Below are positions 36,887 to 46,442 of a DNA stretch of 64,000 nucleotides, one piece after another. Source of the stretch: a virus. A program made the translations under genes and the position numbers. Positions within the stretch are counted from its first letter, which is position 1; each line of letters begins with the position of its first letter. Location: the IMG/VR virus record IMGVR_UViG_3300044730_001993, positions 23,861-87,860 of that record. One strand, given 5' to 3'. The notes beneath the pieces are model-generated. The model did not search any database, had not been told where the DNA came from, and saw only the letters and a program-made list of their open reading frames with translations.

Positions 36887-37404
36887 GTTTTCTGCCCCTC
36901 GATTCTCGCGATCTCGGCCCTGAGAAGATCGTTCGCCTCCTCGGCCATCGCGAGCATCAGCCTGATCGGCTTCGACTGCTCGCGCTCAATCAACCCGCCC
37001 TGCACGATGCCCTCTTGCAGCAAGAGCACCACGAGCGCCCACACGCCGTCGGACTCGTCACGGAGGTATCGGTTCTGCTCGCCGATGCACCCGGCGCTCG
37101 GCTCGCGACCGGGCCACGGTGCGCGACGCAGCCCCTTGATCGTCGCCTTCACGCCCGCCTCGCGCAACCACGCGACGATGCGCCGTGCCTCGTGCTCGAA
37201 CACCACCGGCTTCTCGTCGGGCCAGTGCAGCGCGGGAACCCACGGTGTCGCCGGGAACCTGCGAGCGACAACGGAGTCGCCCTCGCGGAGCACGGCTTCG
37301 ACCCACGGGCGCTTGCGGCGGGCGAGGCGCGCGTCGGCCGACTCCGCGGTGTGCTCGCCGAGAAACACGCGCGTCTCGTCGGGGTCGATCGCGTAGAGGC
37401 GCAT
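36883..37404 (-). CDS. hypothetical protein
   Basis: TGATG overlap. Confidence 0.55.
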   Translation of the reverse strand: MRLYAIDPDETRVFLGEHTAESADARLARRKRPWVEAVLREGDSVVARRFPATPWVPALHWPDEKPVVFEHEARRIVAWLREAGVKATIKGLRRAPWPGREPSAGCIGEQNRYLRDESDGVWALVVLLLQEGIVQGGLIEREQSKPIRLMLAMAEEANDLLRAEIARIEGQKT

Positions 37405-37751
37405 CAGTCCCGCCACGGCGTCGCTCCCTCCCACGCAGCGCAGAAGTCGCGCAGCGCATCGTTGCATCGCGCTTCGATCGCGCGCGTTTTCGGCGTCTCG
37501 TTTTCGGGGTAGCCGTCAACGTAGAACCTGCGCTGGTACGAGACGTAGCGCAGTTTTCCTCCGTGCCCGAGCGCGCCGACGATGCGCAACTCGGTCGACG
37601 GACGCTCGCCGCGGGCTACCCGTTCAGACTCGTGCCGCACGTACTCCTCGCGGGAGAGGATGCGCAGTTCCGCGCCGTTCGCCGCCAGCGTGTCGTACAG
37701 CGCGGCGAAGAACGGTGCCACGAGCTCGGCCTGCTTGCGTTCGTCGCTCAC
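37404..37751 (-). CDS. hypothetical phage protein
   Basis: ELRIVGALGHGGKL...FYVDGYPENETP. Confidence 0.65.
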   Translation of the reverse strand: MSDERKQAELVAPFFAALYDTLAANGAELRILSREEYVRHESERVARGERPSTELRIVGALGHGGKLRYVSYQRRFYVDGYPENETPKTRAIEARCNDALRDFCAAWEGATPWRD

Positions 37752-37978
37752 GTCCGCGCTCCGTGGGCGCAGTGCTCGTGGCACTCGTCGGGCGAGGCGT
37801 CGTGCTCCTCGCAGAACGTGCAGCCCTTGCGCACGTCGGAGTGCGCGGTGCCGCCGCACTGCGGGCACCACGACCCGTAGTCGTCGGTGTTCGCGGTTGC
37901 GAGGGTGAATACGTGCCCGCGGACGCAGTGCATTGCGGCGCGGCGGTTGCCGCGAGCCTCGGTTACGGTGAATGCCAT
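37748..37978 (-). CDS. small Cys-rich zinc-finger protein
   Basis: CPQC, CTFC, CHEHC; promoter motif at 37987-38010. Confidence 0.65.
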   Translation of the reverse strand: MAFTVTEARGNRRAAMHCVRGHVFTLATANTDDYGSWCPQCGGTAHSDVRKGCTFCEEHDASPDECHEHCAHGART

Positions 37979-38038
37979 GCGACTTGTACGAGCGGAGCGA
38001 GCGAGTTCTTTACGTCGCCTCGCCGATTTCGTCGGCGG

Positions 38039-38599
38039 TCATCGCTTGCCGCCCGCGGTGGCGGGCAGCGTGTTCGTGAGCGAGTGCGTGCGCCCGACGT
38101 TCTGCGCGGCGCGGAGCGCACTGAGGAGGTGCGGCGCCACCACGCCGCTCTTGCGGCCCTCGACGGGCGGGAGCGGCATCGCTGCGAAACGGTAGCCGTT
38201 CTCCACCGTCTCGAACAGTTCCGCGAGTTTCGCGCGGTGGTGCTCGTAGAGTTCCACCGCGGAGAGAACCGCCGACTCCGAGCCGCGGAACTTCGTGGTC
38301 TTGCCGTCGGTGCGAAACTTCTCGTTCGCTCGCCCACGGTAGAGGGTCCGCCCGATGCTGAATGCCGCGCAGCCCGCGAACACCGCGCAGTGAACCGAGA
38401 GGCGCTCCTCGTACTCGTGCGCGTACGTTACGCACTGCTCGATCTGCGGTTCGCTCTCGGGGATCGACACTTCGGCGCCGTACTTCGCGATGTAGCGATC
38501 CATCACGCGGCGCGCGTTCTCGCGCTCCTCGGCGGTGGCGGTTTCGCACGACGCGATGGCGTGCAGGCGGCGGAACGTTTCGCGCGGGTTCTCACTCAT
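38039..38599 (-). CDS. DUF2786-like N-terminal domain protein
   Basis: RRLHAIA...EERENARRVMDRYIAKYG; GGAG RBS. Confidence 0.55.
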   Translation of the reverse strand: MSENPRETFRRLHAIASCETATAEERENARRVMDRYIAKYGAEVSIPESEPQIEQCVTYAHEYEERLSVHCAVFAGCAAFSIGRTLYRGRANEKFRTDGKTTKFRGSESAVLSAVELYEHHRAKLAELFETVENGYRFAAMPLPPVEGRKSGVVAPHLLSALRAAQNVGRTHSLTNTLPATAGGKR

Positions 38600-38671
38600 C
38601 TTGCTCTCCCAACGCCGCGAGCCCGCACCGCGCGAGTTGCGCAGGTACGGGCGTCGTGGCGGCGGCGTGCC

Positions 38672-38875
38672 TCACTTCGTGATGCGGACGACCTTCCACC
38701 CCTGCACGCTGGCGTTCATGCGGAGGAGGCCGTGCGCCGCCTTGCCCGCCGTCATGCGGACCTTGCCACTCTCGTCGATGGCGGCGATCCACCCGGCCTT
38801 CGGGGCGCGGCCGAAGCAACCGCGCATATCTTCGAGTGCCTTCGCGAGCGAAACCGTGTCGGTCGTGTTCTTCAT
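38672..38875 (-). CDS. hypothetical protein
   Basis: ATG after the promoter motif at 38887-38910. Confidence 0.6.
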   Translation of the reverse strand: MKNTTDTVSLAKALEDMRGCFGRAPKAGWIAAIDESGKVRMTAGKAAHGLLRMNASVQGWKVVRITK

Positions 38876-38922
38876 GGTGTCTCTTCTACGCCCGTCGGGG
38901 CGCCGTTCTTTACGACGCCCGA

Positions 38923-39150
38923 TCATTTTTCCGCGCAGTGCTCGCAGTCGCACGGCTCGGCGCTCACCACGTCGCGCAGGAGCGCCGCTACGGACTCGCG
39001 GTGTACGCAGTGCGTCCCCTCGTACGCCCACCCCGGACGCAACTCCGCCCACAAGCTAGGCACTTCATCGACCGTCTCGTCCCACGCCGAGAGAACGCGC
39101 GGGTGCGCGAGGATTTTCTGCCACGACTTCGTTTTCGTAGGATTGCGCAT
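38923..39150 (-). CDS. hypothetical protein
   Basis: ATG after the promoter motif at 39160-39184; C-term CDCEHC. Confidence 0.65.
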   Translation of the reverse strand: MRNPTKTKSWQKILAHPRVLSAWDETVDEVPSLWAELRPGWAYEGTHCVHRESVAALLRDVVSAEPCDCEHCAEK

Positions 39151-39219
39151 GCGCAGTTATACGCACCGCAACGACCCGCTTCTTACACGCCCCCGAAGTT
39201 TTCTTCGAGCGGGCAGAGC

Positions 39220-40269
39220 CTACCGCGTGCGGCGCCGCACGGACCGGCGACCGTTCTGCTCGCTCCTGCGGTCGTCGGGCAACTGGCCCACCGAGAACAG
39301 GTTGCGGTCGGGTTCGCCCTCGCGCGGGAGCGGGCGCTTGCGCCAGTACATCACGAGGCGACGGAACGCATCGAGTTCCCGCTGCGCAGACGCGATCGTG
39401 GCTTCGATGCGCTCGCGGTCGAACTTCTTCGTCGCGTTCTCGGCGGCGCGCTGCATCGACTCGATCAACTCGCCGAGCGCGGCGACGTTCTTCACCGTGC
39501 CCGCGGGCGACAACTCGAAGGGCGGGAACGCAACGCCGTCGCAACGTCCCTCGATGCCGCCCTGATAGCGGGGGCGCTCGTAGCCGTGCAGCACCATCAC
39601 GGGGAGGTCGCCGCGCCCAGCTTCGAGCTTGATGTTGCGGAAACACACGGGGCACGTTCCGGTGTTGTCGCGAGTCCGCGCCTCCGCGGGAACGTGCTCC
39701 TCGACGTTCAGGAAACGATTCACGCGCGCAACCCAGTCGGTCTCTTCGTCGAGCCACGAGGTCAACTCGTACGTCGAGACACCGGGCGCGCGACGCTTGC
39801 GACCGCTGGTTACGTCTACGACGTAGGTGCCGTGGCCCCGCATCGGCAGAAGCTCCACGGACTTGCCGTCGAGCGATGCGCGGATCGCGTCGACCGCGAC
39901 GACGCCCTCGTAGGTGACGTACCAGTAGCCATGCGCGACGTCTTCGGCGCTTCGGCGAACGTCGGAGAGGAACACGGCGCCCGACTTGAACTTCGCGGGG
40001 ATCTTGTCGACCACGCGAGTGCGGAGCGCGCTGGCGAGCGTCGCGAAACTCTCTTCGTCGTCGGCGTATGCGTGCGCTGGCCTGTTGTCTCCGACGCGAG
40101 CGAGCGCGACGAACTCCTCCGCGTGCCCACCGATCGCTTCGAGAACCGCCGCCAGTTGCGCGAACGTGAGCGATGCCGTCGCGCCCTTGCGGATCTTGAG
40201 CATCACCTCGCGCAACTTGTCGTCGGAGAGCGGCTTGCCGTTGCGGACGTGGTGTCGCGTGTTCTTCAT
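39220..40269 (-). CDS. hypothetical protein tagged at both ends, zinc-binding (CPVC...HGY...C)
   Basis: MKNTRHHVRNG; ends SEQNGRRSVRRRTR. Confidence 0.75.
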   Translation of the reverse strand: MKNTRHHVRNGKPLSDDKLREVMLKIRKGATASLTFAQLAAVLEAIGGHAEEFVALARVGDNRPAHAYADDEESFATLASALRTRVVDKIPAKFKSGAVFLSDVRRSAEDVAHGYWYVTYEGVVAVDAIRASLDGKSVELLPMRGHGTYVVDVTSGRKRRAPGVSTYELTSWLDEETDWVARVNRFLNVEEHVPAEARTRDNTGTCPVCFRNIKLEAGRGDLPVMVLHGYERPRYQGGIEGRCDGVAFPPFELSPAGTVKNVAALGELIESMQRAAENATKKFDRERIEATIASAQRELDAFRRLVMYWRKRPLPREGEPDRNLFSVGQLPDDRRSEQNGRRSVRRRTR

Positions 40270-40315
40270 GTCCGTCCCCTTTATGCCCGATGCGCAGTGC
40301 GCCCGCAATGGCCGA

Positions 40316-40708
40316 TCACAACGCCACGCCCGCGGCGTCGTACCACCGCACGGCGCCGACGCCCGACAACGTGAGGTCGTCGATGGTGCCGAACGCCGCG
40401 CCTTGCGGCACGCCGTTGTGCGCGCGATGCTCGCGGAACACGGGGTCGAGCACCCACCCATCGAACGACGGCGAAACGATCACGGGCAAGCGCACGCACT
40501 CCGCGGCGGTGAATTGACTGCCGAGCGATACCAGTCGCCCCGTGATGCTCCGTGGTTGCGCGAACCACGAGAACGCACCTTCGCTGCGCTGGTGTCGCCC
40601 CGCGTGAACGCGGCGCACGTCGTCGGGCTCGATGCGAACGTCGGTGATCCCGAGTGCGGCGACGATGGTGTTGAGTCGGGCGGCGAGGCGCTCGCGTGTG
40701 GTCGGCAT
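40316..40708 (-). CDS. hypothetical protein
   Basis: 130-aa ORF with globular composition. Confidence 0.55.
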   Translation of the reverse strand: MPTTRERLAARLNTIVAALGITDVRIEPDDVRRVHAGRHQRSEGAFSWFAQPRSITGRLVSLGSQFTAAECVRLPVIVSPSFDGWVLDPVFREHRAHNGVPQGAAFGTIDDLTLSGVGAVRWYDAAGVAL

Positions 40709-40756
40709 ACGCTACCGACGTGCGCTGCGAGCGCCGTATTCAGCGGGAGCGCGGCA

Positions 40757-41332
40757 TCAGGGGCGCCCGGTGCCCCACCGGATCTGGCCGAACTTGCTCC
40801 GCACGCTGGCCGCGGTCATCACCGCGACGCGGCTCGCGGGCACGCCCTCTTCGACCATCGCCTTGCGCTCGTCGACCGCATCCTCGCGGAACTCGTTGCC
40901 CGCGTGCACGAGCCCGGTGACCTTGTCGACGACGTAGTAGCCGTACTTCGCGCGACCGTTGCGGACGCTGGTGCGCTTCTGAACCGACACGACGTTCTTC
41001 CATCCGACGATCGGAGTATGCCCGAGAGCCCTCTGCTTGACGCCGGTTGCCTCGCTGCGCTTGCGCGATGACGTTCGACGGGCGAGCAACCACTTGATGC
41101 CTTCGCTCGGATTGCTACGATCAGTGATCCACGCGGTTGCGGAGTACACGCGACCATTCTTCGACGCATATGACACAGTGTCACCGAACTCGATGCTTCG
41201 CATGAGCGATTGCGCTTCGTCTCGCGTCATACCATCGGTTCGTTCAGCGAACCTCGCGTCGTAGACGCTACCGTTGCGGACGGAGGCGAACTTCGCGGGG
41301 CGCTTCTTCGGAGACTTCTTCGTGGTTGCCAT
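40757..41332 (-). CDS. two-module tagged hypothetical protein
   Basis: KKRPAKFASVRNG and internal QKRTSVRNG; TAGCGT box 6 nt before ATG. Confidence 0.75.
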   Translation of the reverse strand: MATTKKSPKKRPAKFASVRNGSVYDARFAERTDGMTRDEAQSLMRSIEFGDTVSYASKNGRVYSATAWITDRSNPSEGIKWLLARRTSSRKRSEATGVKQRALGHTPIVGWKNVVSVQKRTSVRNGRAKYGYYVVDKVTGLVHAGNEFREDAVDERKAMVEEGVPASRVAVMTAASVRSKFGQIRWGTGRP

Positions 41333-41370
41333 GCTGCGACGCTACACGAACGCCGCCAGAACGCAACCGC

Positions 41371-42528
41371 TCAGTCGCTTCTGCGTCGGCACGGTGGCGA
41401 ACGCTTGATGCCAGCCTCGTGCAGAACCGCCGCGAGTTCTTCGAGCGCGCGTTCGTCCGCATCGTCGCGACGCGGGTTTCGGGCGAGCCGCGTGTAGAGG
41501 TCGAGCGTGTTGCTGAGACCTTCGGGGTGCAGGCGGTCGATGCCGTAGAAGGCTTCGTAGAGCTCACTGGCCGTCTGCAACCGAGGGTCCGCGACGTTGT
41601 GCATCGCCTTGCCGTCGCGGAGCACCACCACCTCGTCGCCGCGCAGGCCGCACAGCGTGAGCGGCGCCTCGACGCCCGCGATGAACGTCATGCGCGGGAA
41701 CGTGGCCCGCACGCGCTCGACGAGCGTGACTTGCTCCGCGGGCGGGAGGTGCGCGTCGATCGCGTCGATGATGCACACGCCATCCATCGCGGCGTAGAAG
41801 TCGGCGGGCACCGTGCGCCCCGCCTTGACCTCGCGCACCACCCACCGGGCGCACAAGTCGGCGACCCACGCGGCGATGCCGTTCGCGCCGCTCCCGAGGC
41901 GCCGCAGGGGCACGCCGTCGACCTCGACGTGATCCTCGCCCATGCGGACTCGCTCCGCGCCGAGAATCGCCGCCAGCGCGCCGCACGTCCCGTCGTACGC
42001 GCCGCCGTAGAGCGCGGCCCACTCCGACTCGCCGACGAACGAGGCGATGCGTAGCAGTTCCGCGAGAACGTGTCGCGGTCGCAGAAGGCACGCCCGGTCG
42101 CCGAACACGGAACCGATATGCCGCCACCCGTTGAAGCCGTCGCAGTCGTCGAGGCGGTTGTCGCCCACGTTGTCGTCGCGCACGCGGTCGGCGCCGTACG
42201 CGACGAAGAACCCGCAGAACGTCGGTTCCCGAGACTGCACCGGGTTCCAGTGGGCGCCGTCGCGGGAGAAGTACGTCGCGAACGGTTCTTCGCCCGTATT
42301 GATGATCGCCATGCCCTCGCGGCACCCGTCGCGTACGATCGGGTAGATCGGTCGCGTCGGCGCACCCGCGTAGACGTTCGGCCCTGCGAGCGCGACGGCG
42401 GCGCCTCGCAGCGCGGACGTGACGCCCTCGCCGACGAGCGCGAGGAACTGCCCGCCGCGAGCGGGCGGGAACCGTACGCGAACGTCGGCGAACGGGCCGA
42501 TGTTGTGCAGCCGGAGCGAGCCGATCAC
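41371..42528 (-). CDS. degenerate ABC/AAA_21-type ATPase (PtuA-like architecture)
   Basis: LRLHNIGPF, LVGEGVTS (no GK), FFVAYGADR, LGSG, IIDAIDAHLPP, FPRMTFI. Confidence 0.7.
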   Translation of the reverse strand: MIGSLRLHNIGPFADVRVRFPPARGGQFLALVGEGVTSALRGAAVALAGPNVYAGAPTRPIYPIVRDGCREGMAIINTGEEPFATYFSRDGAHWNPVQSREPTFCGFFVAYGADRVRDDNVGDNRLDDCDGFNGWRHIGSVFGDRACLLRPRHVLAELLRIASFVGESEWAALYGGAYDGTCGALAAILGAERVRMGEDHVEVDGVPLRRLGSGANGIAAWVADLCARWVVREVKAGRTVPADFYAAMDGVCIIDAIDAHLPPAEQVTLVERVRATFPRMTFIAGVEAPLTLCGLRGDEVVVLRDGKAMHNVADPRLQTASELYEAFYGIDRLHPEGLSNTLDLYTRLARNPRRDDADERALEELAAVLHEAGIKRSPPCRRRSD

Positions 42529-42914
42529 GGCGCCACCGGAGCGGGAACCGCGGCGGCGATGGCGACGGTCGCCATCGTGTGGTGGGCGATCTTCGCCCAC
42601 TCCGCGTTGATCTTGCTCGCGAGGGCGGTGGCGTCGAGCGCCGTGCGCTTGCCGTGGAACACCCCCGCTTCGATCGCGGCCTTCGCCTCGCCGAGACCGA
42701 AGCCGGTCGCCGCGCGGAGCGCCTTGATCGCGTCGACCCTGCTGTAGCGCCCGGTGCAGTTCGTGTAGTCGGGCGTCGTGAACGCGACGACGTACACGGT
42801 CCCGGCGTGGGTTTTCGCCGCGAGCGTGTACGCCTCCGCGAGCACGGCGTCGCGGTCGGCGGGCGTGAGGCAGGCGATCGCGGTTGCGAGTTCGGTGAGG
42901 TTCGGCGTGTTCAT
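42525..42914 (-). CDS. ribosomal protein bL12 C-terminal-like domain protein
   Basis: RVDAIKALRAATGFGLGEAKAAIE. Confidence 0.65.
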   Translation of the reverse strand: MNTPNLTELATAIACLTPADRDAVLAEAYTLAAKTHAGTVYVVAFTTPDYTNCTGRYSRVDAIKALRAATGFGLGEAKAAIEAGVFHGKRTALDATALASKINAEWAKIAHHTMATVAIAAAVPAPVAP

Positions 42915-42963
42915 GCGCCTTCTACGTCGCCAGCGCCGCCGTTCTTCACGGCGCGGCGGCGAT

Positions 42964-43200
42964 TTACTGCACCGCGAACCAGCCGAGCGCGTACACGATG
43001 TTGTTGCCCACCACGAGCGCCAGCGTGGCGTAGAAGATAACTCGCGCGGGCGAGACGTTGTGCTGCACGATGCGCTGCAACTCCGGCGCGATGCTGCGCT
43101 CGCGGTCGAGTTCCGCCCGCAGCGCGACGTTCTCCGCGACCACGCGCTCGTAGTCGGTGCGCGGCACCGTGTCGTCGGGCGACGTTCGGTAGTCACTCAC
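42964..43200 (-). CDS. small membrane protein
   Basis: coiled coil plus C-terminal TM. Confidence 0.5.
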   Translation of the reverse strand: MSDYRTSPDDTVPRTDYERVVAENVALRAELDRERSIAPELQRIVQHNVSPARVIFYATLALVVGNNIVYALGWFAVQ

Positions 43201-44423
43201 ACGCGCCCCACGTTCGCGACGCCGAGCATCGCCATGTTCATCACCCCGAGCGAGAAGAGCCCGCCGAGCACCGCATACTTCGCCCACGACGGGAGCGGCG
43301 GCACCAGCGTCGCCGCGAGCACGCCCGCCAAGGCATCCTTCGCCGCGTTCGGCCCGAGCGCCGCGATCTTCGCCTGCGCTTCGGCACGGGCGCGGGCCAC
43401 CTCGACTTGCGCGGCGTGGCGCGTCACTTCGTTCGCGGACACGAGGCCCTCCGCGAGTTCCGCGACGTGCTCCAGCGCCTCGCGCCCGAGACGCTTGCGC
43501 ATTTCGCCAACCTCGACGCCGTACGTCTTAGGCGTGAGCACCCGCGCGATCGCTTCGTCGGAGCACGGGCGGCACTCCTCGACGCGCGCCTCCTTCGGGA
43601 GCGCCTCGCGCTTCGCAGTGCCCCACGAGCGCCACTCGCCGCTCGCGTGATGGTACGCCTCCCACACGTCGTCGCCCGACGCCCGCATGCGCAGCGGGAG
43701 TGCCCACCCGGAGCGCTCCGCGCGCCTCGCCTCGACACGTTCGGCGAACGCCCGCGCCGCCGCTTCGGGATCGTCGCCGTCGATCGTGTGCGACCGGAAC
43801 ATGCCGATCGGCGCTTCGATCACGCGCTCCGTCGTGACCGTCGTCGTGCGAGTGAACTGCGGCGCGAGTTCCCGCAACCACGCGGGCACACGCGCCCGCA
43901 CCTCTTCGGTGACGATCGTCGTTGCCGTCGCGGCATAGTCGCCTTCGGGCATCGGCACCACCACGTCTCGCGTGAAACGATGCACCTCGCGAACGTCGCG
44001 CTCCCCGAGGATCACCCGTGCCCACGTTGCAAACCCGTCGGTCGGCGTGTTGCGCTGGTACAGGCTCCGCTCGCGAGGCTCCGCACGCCAGCGCCACCCG
44101 ACCATATCGCGCGTGAACCAGAGCGACGTTTCGCGCGCGTTGCGGACGTTCTCCGGGTTCTTGCGCCATCGCCAGCCTTCGACGAACTGCGCGGGACCGA
44201 TCGCGCCCGCGAGCGCGACGCCGAGACGCGGCGCGGGGGCCAACGTCGCCGTGAAGCCTCGCCCGCGCAGGTACTCCAGAAACGACGCGCCGCGCATCAC
44301 CTCGCGCCCCACGGCGGGGCGAACGATCGTCGCGCAGACCGACGCCGCGCCGACGCGCAGGGTGATGCTCCCGCCGTCGCGCTCGCCTTCGGCGTTGCTC
44401 CGCCACTTGAATGCGATGTTCAT
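43197..44423 (-). CDS. hypothetical protein with C-terminal TM
   Basis: 408-aa ORF ending YAVLGGLFSLGVMNMAML. Confidence 0.6.
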   Translation of the reverse strand: MNIAFKWRSNAEGERDGGSITLRVGAASVCATIVRPAVGREVMRGASFLEYLRGRGFTATLAPAPRLGVALAGAIGPAQFVEGWRWRKNPENVRNARETSLWFTRDMVGWRWRAEPRERSLYQRNTPTDGFATWARVILGERDVREVHRFTRDVVVPMPEGDYAATATTIVTEEVRARVPAWLRELAPQFTRTTTVTTERVIEAPIGMFRSHTIDGDDPEAAARAFAERVEARRAERSGWALPLRMRASGDDVWEAYHHASGEWRSWGTAKREALPKEARVEECRPCSDEAIARVLTPKTYGVEVGEMRKRLGREALEHVAELAEGLVSANEVTRHAAQVEVARARAEAQAKIAALGPNAAKDALAGVLAATLVPPLPSWAKYAVLGGLFSLGVMNMAMLGVANVGRV

Positions 44424-44428
44424 CGTGC

Positions 44429-44716
44429 TCACCAGTAAACGTGGACGCAAAAGGCGTCGCTGAGAACGTCGTGCAGTTCGTTGAGAAGCGGGCCGTCGTA
44501 AGGGCTCAAGAAGTCGTCTTCGTTTTCCTTGCGGTACTTGCGATCGAGACGGACGAGCTCCCTGTTCTTCGCGCCGTAGTGCTTGAGCACTTCTCGCAGA
44601 GACTCGTCGAGTAACGATCCTGCTTCGGCACCGCGTCGGCGTTCGAGAAACGCGACGAGCGCGTGAGCGTCGTAGTACGACTCGGCCTTCGGCGGCGTTA
44701 TCGTCCGATCGCTCAC
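44429..44716 (-). CDS. hypothetical protein
   Basis: GTGA overlap. Confidence 0.6.
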   Translation of the reverse strand: MSDRTITPPKAESYYDAHALVAFLERRRGAEAGSLLDESLREVLKHYGAKNRELVRLDRKYRKENEDDFLSPYDGPLLNELHDVLSDAFCVHVYW

Positions 44717-44973
44717 GAGGCCACCGCCACCGTGAGGGCGCCGATGATCGAGTCGAGTTCCGCCCGGTCGGCGGGCGACGTGATCGTCGGCGAGAGGCGC
44801 AGCGCGACGAGGCGCTCGACTTGCTCGCGGACGGCCTGCGCGGCAGTCGGCGAGAGAGGCTCGACGTGGCGCACGAACGGCGGTTGACGCGGTTGCGACG
44901 GAGCACCGTACACCGGGATGGTCACGAGTTTTCGATCCAGCGGAGGGATCGTGTTGAAGGGCTTGCTTGTCAC
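44713..44973 (-). CDS. hypothetical protein
   Basis: GTG after the TGAATA-N16-CGT motif at 44983-45007. Confidence 0.55.
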   Translation of the reverse strand: MTSKPFNTIPPLDRKLVTIPVYGAPSQPRQPPFVRHVEPLSPTAAQAVREQVERLVALRLSPTITSPADRAELDSIIGALTVAVAS

Positions 44974-45177
44974 GCCCTTGCGACGGCCCGCGCCCCGCGA
45001 TTATTCACGACGCCGTGCGATTCTCTCCGCCCGCCGTTAGCAGCGCGAGCCCGCACCGGAGCACGTCGGCCCGCGTACCGACGGCGCCCGAAACGCAGTT
45101 GCGCCACCGCTCGCATCGCGCGTCGCACGGGCGCCACCCCTCGCGGAACACCGCCATCGTCACTCGCAGCGCGAGGC

Positions 45178-45864
45178 TCACCGGCACCTCGCCACGACGA
45201 TCGAGCAGTTGTCGTCGCCGCCCATCGCCATCGCTTCGTTGTGCGCATCGACGGCGAAACGTTCGATATCGCCGCCCGACGCATCCCACAGCGACGCGAT
45301 CGTTTCGTCGTCGATCATGCCGTGCAGCCCGTCGGAGCATAGCATCACGGCGTCACCGGGGAGCGTGGCGATGCGCGCGATCGTCGGTTCCCACGCGACG
45401 CGACAACCGCCACCGAGGCATCGCGTGAGCATGCTCTGCACCGCGTGGTCGCGCGTGAGTGAGATCGCGTTTCCGCGCCGCAGAAGGTACGCCCGCGAGT
45501 CGCCCGTGTGACCCACGACGACGCATCGCTCTTCGACGCGCACCGCCACGAGCGTGCAGCCCGCATCATCGGGCACGAGCGCCACCGTGCGCTGCGCGAG
45601 TCGGAACGCCTCTTCGAGCACGCCCTCCGCACGTTGCGACCGCACGCGCTTCGCGTAGTCGAGGAACGTTCGCACCGCCGCCTCGGAGGCGACTTCGCCG
45701 TGAGCGTGCCCGCCCATGCCGTCGGAGAGAACGAGAAGCTCTTCGCGGATGCCCACGCAGTCTTCGTTGTTCGTGCGCACGCGACCCACCCCCGTGAGCG
45801 CGACGGCGTTTGTCTCGCGGACGATTCTCGGAGCGGGCGCGACGGGCAGTCGCAGTTGTCTCAT
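45178..45864 (-). CDS. PP2C/PPM-family Ser/Thr phosphatase
   Basis: GRVRTNNED, SDGMGGH, GDSRAY, LCSDGL, GDDNCS. Confidence 0.92.
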   Translation of the reverse strand: MRQLRLPVAPAPRIVRETNAVALTGVGRVRTNNEDCVGIREELLVLSDGMGGHAHGEVASEAAVRTFLDYAKRVRSQRAEGVLEEAFRLAQRTVALVPDDAGCTLVAVRVEERCVVVGHTGDSRAYLLRRGNAISLTRDHAVQSMLTRCLGGGCRVAWEPTIARIATLPGDAVMLCSDGLHGMIDDETIASLWDASGGDIERFAVDAHNEAMAMGGDDNCSIVVARCR

Positions 45865-45887
45865 AATGGCGACCACGATAACACCGA

Positions 45888-46442
45888 TTATCGCGGCGCG
45901 CGAGTCACCCGATCGTACGCTTCGACGATCGCCGGGAAGTCGGCGCGGTACGTGCCCTCCGTGAGCAGTTGCTCGCGCGTGCTCCACACGGCCTCGCCTT
46001 CGGCGCCGCCACGCAGTCGTGCGCCGCTGGCGACCTCCGCAGCGAACACCGAGCAGCGGTGCCCGCCGATGCTCGCCACGAGCACGAGGCGCAGGTTGAT
46101 CGCCTCGACGCCGCCCTCTTCGCGTGCCTCTCGCACCGCCGTCTCTTCGGGCGACTCGCCGGGTTCGGCCTTGCCGCCGAGGAGTTCCGGTTGCCCGTTG
46201 TGCTTGCGCGACTTGATGGTCGCGAAACGTCCGTTGCGCTCGATCAGCACGCACGACGAGAGCGTCGCCGGTTCGCACGGCGGCACGGGTTGATCGTCGG
46301 CGCTGAATCGCGTTACTGCGTCGCGCGAGTAGACGTTGAACGTGCGGTACTTGCGCCCGTTGTCGAGGCGCTCCGCCCACCGTGCCAGCGCGCAGTTCGC
46401 GCATTGCCACACGCCACCGGAGCGTTTCCATGCGTGTCTCAC
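45888..46442 (-). CDS. NUDIX hydrolase
   Basis: GGKAEPGESPEETAVREAREEGG Nudix box. Confidence 0.88.
   Translation of the reverse strand: MRHAWKRSGGVWQCANCALARWAERLDNGRKYRTFNVYSRDAVTRFSADDQPVPPCEPATLSSCVLIERNGRFATIKSRKHNGQPELLGGKAEPGESPEETAVREAREEGGVEAINLRLVLVASIGGHRCSVFAAEVASGARLRGGAEGEAVWSTREQLLTEGTYRADFPAIVEAYDRVTRAPR

Noticed and set aside
45888-46442. NG dipeptides in NUDIX (DNGRK, ERNGR) and in 3303-3623 (KRNGRK) as tags
   Set aside because: The NUDIX cases are internal without a long basic run and the 3303 case is ambiguous; they show the motif has some chance background, so they were not counted
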